Of a stretch of 64,000 nucleotides of DNA, positions 62,195-64,000 are shown one piece after another; position 1 is the stretch's first letter; the number at the start of each line of letters is the position of its first letter. The position numbers and the translations under genes are program-made. Origin of the DNA: Leptospira sp. (lineage in GTDB: Bacteria; Spirochaetota; Leptospiria; Leptospirales; Leptospiraceae); the NCBI GenBank assembly GCA_034439575.1, contig JAWXAQ010000027.1, positions 1 through 64,000 on the forward strand, read 5' to 3'. Under the pieces are notes generated by a model that had not been told where the DNA came from, did no database searches, and was given only the letters and a program-made list of their open reading frames with translations.

Positions 62195-63358
62195 ATGGAG
62201 ATAGTACAAAAAAACACTCAGGAATTGTATAAATTACCAAGTGAAGTTAAATACTGTAAAAGATGCACGATTTCAAACCAAAGACCCAGGATCACATTTG
62301 ATGCTGAAGGTGTTTGTTCCGCTTGCAATTATGCAGATTACAAAAATACACAAGTTGATTGGGCAAAAAGAGAAGCTGAATTAAAGATTTTGTTAGATAA
62401 ATACAGACGCGACGACGGAAGTTATGACGTTGTTGTTCCTTCTAGCGGAGGCAAAGACAGCGCCCACTTAGCACATGAGTTGAAACACAAATATGGAATG
62501 AATCCCCTGACCGTCACTTGGTCGCCCCATTTGTATACTGACATAGGGTTCAAAAATCACCAGAATATGATTCATGTTGGTGATTTAGCGAATGTTAATG
62601 GTGCACCAGCAGGAGCTGCTCATAGAAAACTTACCAAGTTATCATTTGAAATATTAGGTGATCCTTTCCAACCATTTATTTTTGGTCAGGCGAACTTCCC
62701 TTTGCAGATAGCTGTTAGGTATAAGATTCCACTCATAATGTATGGAGAAAATGGTGAAGTTGAGTATGGTGGAGACATGAAGAATGCCTTTGTCCCAACA
62801 CGTGACTATAAATCAGATCACAAAAAACATTATTTTTCAAATTTGGGACCAGAGGATTATATTAACTACGGAATTTCAGCTAAAGAAATCGTTCCATATA
62901 TGGCACCGTCTAACGACGAACTTGATGCGATCGGAACATCAATTCATTTTTATGGATATTATAAGAAATGGATTCCCCAAGAAAATTACTACTATTGTGT
63001 AGAGAATACTGGTTTTTCTGCAAATCCAGTTCGCAGTGAGGGAACTTATTCCAAATATGCTTCATTAGATGATAGACTCGATGGATTCCATTACTATTTG
63101 AGTTTCATTAAATTTGGAATCGGAAGAGCAACTTCAGATTCCGCGCATGAAATTCGTGATAAACATTTAACAAGGGAAGAGGGCGTAACTCTTGTTAGAA
63201 AGTATGATGGAGAGTTCCCAGTAAAGTATTTCAAAGAATTTTTAGAATACTGCGATATCACTGAAGAATACTTCTGGAAGGTGATCGATAGTTGGCGTTC
63301 TCCTCACCTTTGGTCCAAGGTCAATGGTGAGTGGAAACTGGTTAAGCAGGTAGAATAA
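62195..63358 (+). CDS. N-acetyl sugar amidotransferase (WbuX/PseA-like)
   Basis: CKRC...RPRI...CSAC, SGGKDS PP-loop, YGEN, KFGIGRAT. Confidence 0.9.
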   Translation: MEIVQKNTQELYKLPSEVKYCKRCTISNQRPRITFDAEGVCSACNYADYKNTQVDWAKREAELKILLDKYRRDDGSYDVVVPSSGGKDSAHLAHELKHKYGMNPLTVTWSPHLYTDIGFKNHQNMIHVGDLANVNGAPAGAAHRKLTKLSFEILGDPFQPFIFGQANFPLQIAVRYKIPLIMYGENGEVEYGGDMKNAFVPTRDYKSDHKKHYFSNLGPEDYINYGISAKEIVPYMAPSNDELDAIGTSIHFYGYYKKWIPQENYYYCVENTGFSANPVRSEGTYSKYASLDDRLDGFHYYLSFIKFGIGRATSDSAHEIRDKHLTREEGVTLVRKYDGEFPVKYFKEFLEYCDITEEYFWKVIDSWRSPHLWSKVNGEWKLVKQVE

Positions 63359-63361
63359 ACT

Positions 63362-64000
63362 TTGAAAGTTTTAGTCGTAGGATTTGGATCCATTGGCTCG
63401 CGACACACACAATCTCTTTTAGGTTCTAATCTTGTTAAAAATATAACAGTTTTTGATCCATCAGATGAAAGTTATTCGCAAGGATTGAAACGGATAGCAG
63501 CGACTGAACTGCAGGTGGAAAGAATTTCCACTTTGGATGCAGTTAAAGAGCATTGTCCTGATATTGTTATACTATCTTCGACTGCCAAGGATAGGTTTTC
63601 ACAATTTGAATTTTTTGCTCAAATGGGTGTTAAACGATTTTTAGTTGAGAAAATTGTATTTCAGTCAATGGAACAATTTCATAATGCAATTTCCTTAATT
63701 CAGAAACATGAAATTGAATCATTTTGTAATTTTGCGAACAGGTACTATCCAAATTACATCTTGCTAAAGGATTTAATTCGCAATCAAAGATTGGATATGC
63801 GCATTACTTGCGGTGATATAGGACTTGCCACAAGTGCCATTCATTATATGGATTTATTTGAATATCTCTCTGATAGTCCTATTCATGATAGTATTGGGGA
63901 TCTCAAAAGTTCATTAAAAGAGAACAAACGTGGAAAAGAGTATAAAGAATACAATGGTTTGATTTTATTCCTTACAGAAAAAGGAGATAAACTCTCTCTT
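63362..64000 (+). CDS. Gfo/Idh/MocA-family oxidoreductase (runs off the window end)
   Basis: Not in the track. TTG 63362 gives MKVLVVGFGSIGSRHTQSLL...LVEKIVFQS...IHYMDLF. Confidence 0.8.
   Translation, partial: MKVLVVGFGSIGSRHTQSLLGSNLVKNITVFDPSDESYSQGLKRIAATELQVERISTLDAVKEHCPDIVILSSTAKDRFSQFEFFAQMGVKRFLVEKIVFQSMEQFHNAISLIQKHEIESFCNFANRYYPNYILLKDLIRNQRLDMRITCGDIGLATSAIHYMDLFEYLSDSPIHDSIGDLKSSLKENKRGKEYKEYNGLILFLTEKGDKLSL

Overview
AT-rich bacterial chromosome segment, most likely Leptospira (inferred from spirochaete-type lipoprotein signals, the lpxI-lpxB linkage and a MarR-associated rfb locus). It has three parts. (1) 1-6853: a tightly packed minus-strand core block, sucC-sucD-TolC-hypothetical-FmdB-lpxI-lpxB (lpxB truncated). 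(2) ~7000-23500: mixed accessory and core genes, including a GC-rich structured intergenic element resembling the Flavo-1 RNA, surface lipoproteins, a nonsense-disrupted AbrB-type gene, two putative proteases, a PAS/RsbW-like kinase, fadH, an unannotated 59-aa lipoprotein, an acyl-CoA dehydrogenase and purU. (3) 23668 to the end: over 40 kb of a plus-strand LPS O-antigen (rfb) locus that runs off the window. It encodes dTDP-rhamnose synthesis, Wzm/Wzt export with a candidate methyl-capping terminator, periplasmic O-acetylation, a WbpB/WbpE-like pair and a legionaminic-acid-type pathway. Its tailoring set is unusually rich: two amidotransferase-HisH-HisF triads, a deacetylase plus formyltransferase pair, and an NDP-sugar C-methyltransferase. 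No rRNA, tRNA, CRISPR array, transposase or integrase was recognised. All calls come from motif recognition by eye; no searches were run.
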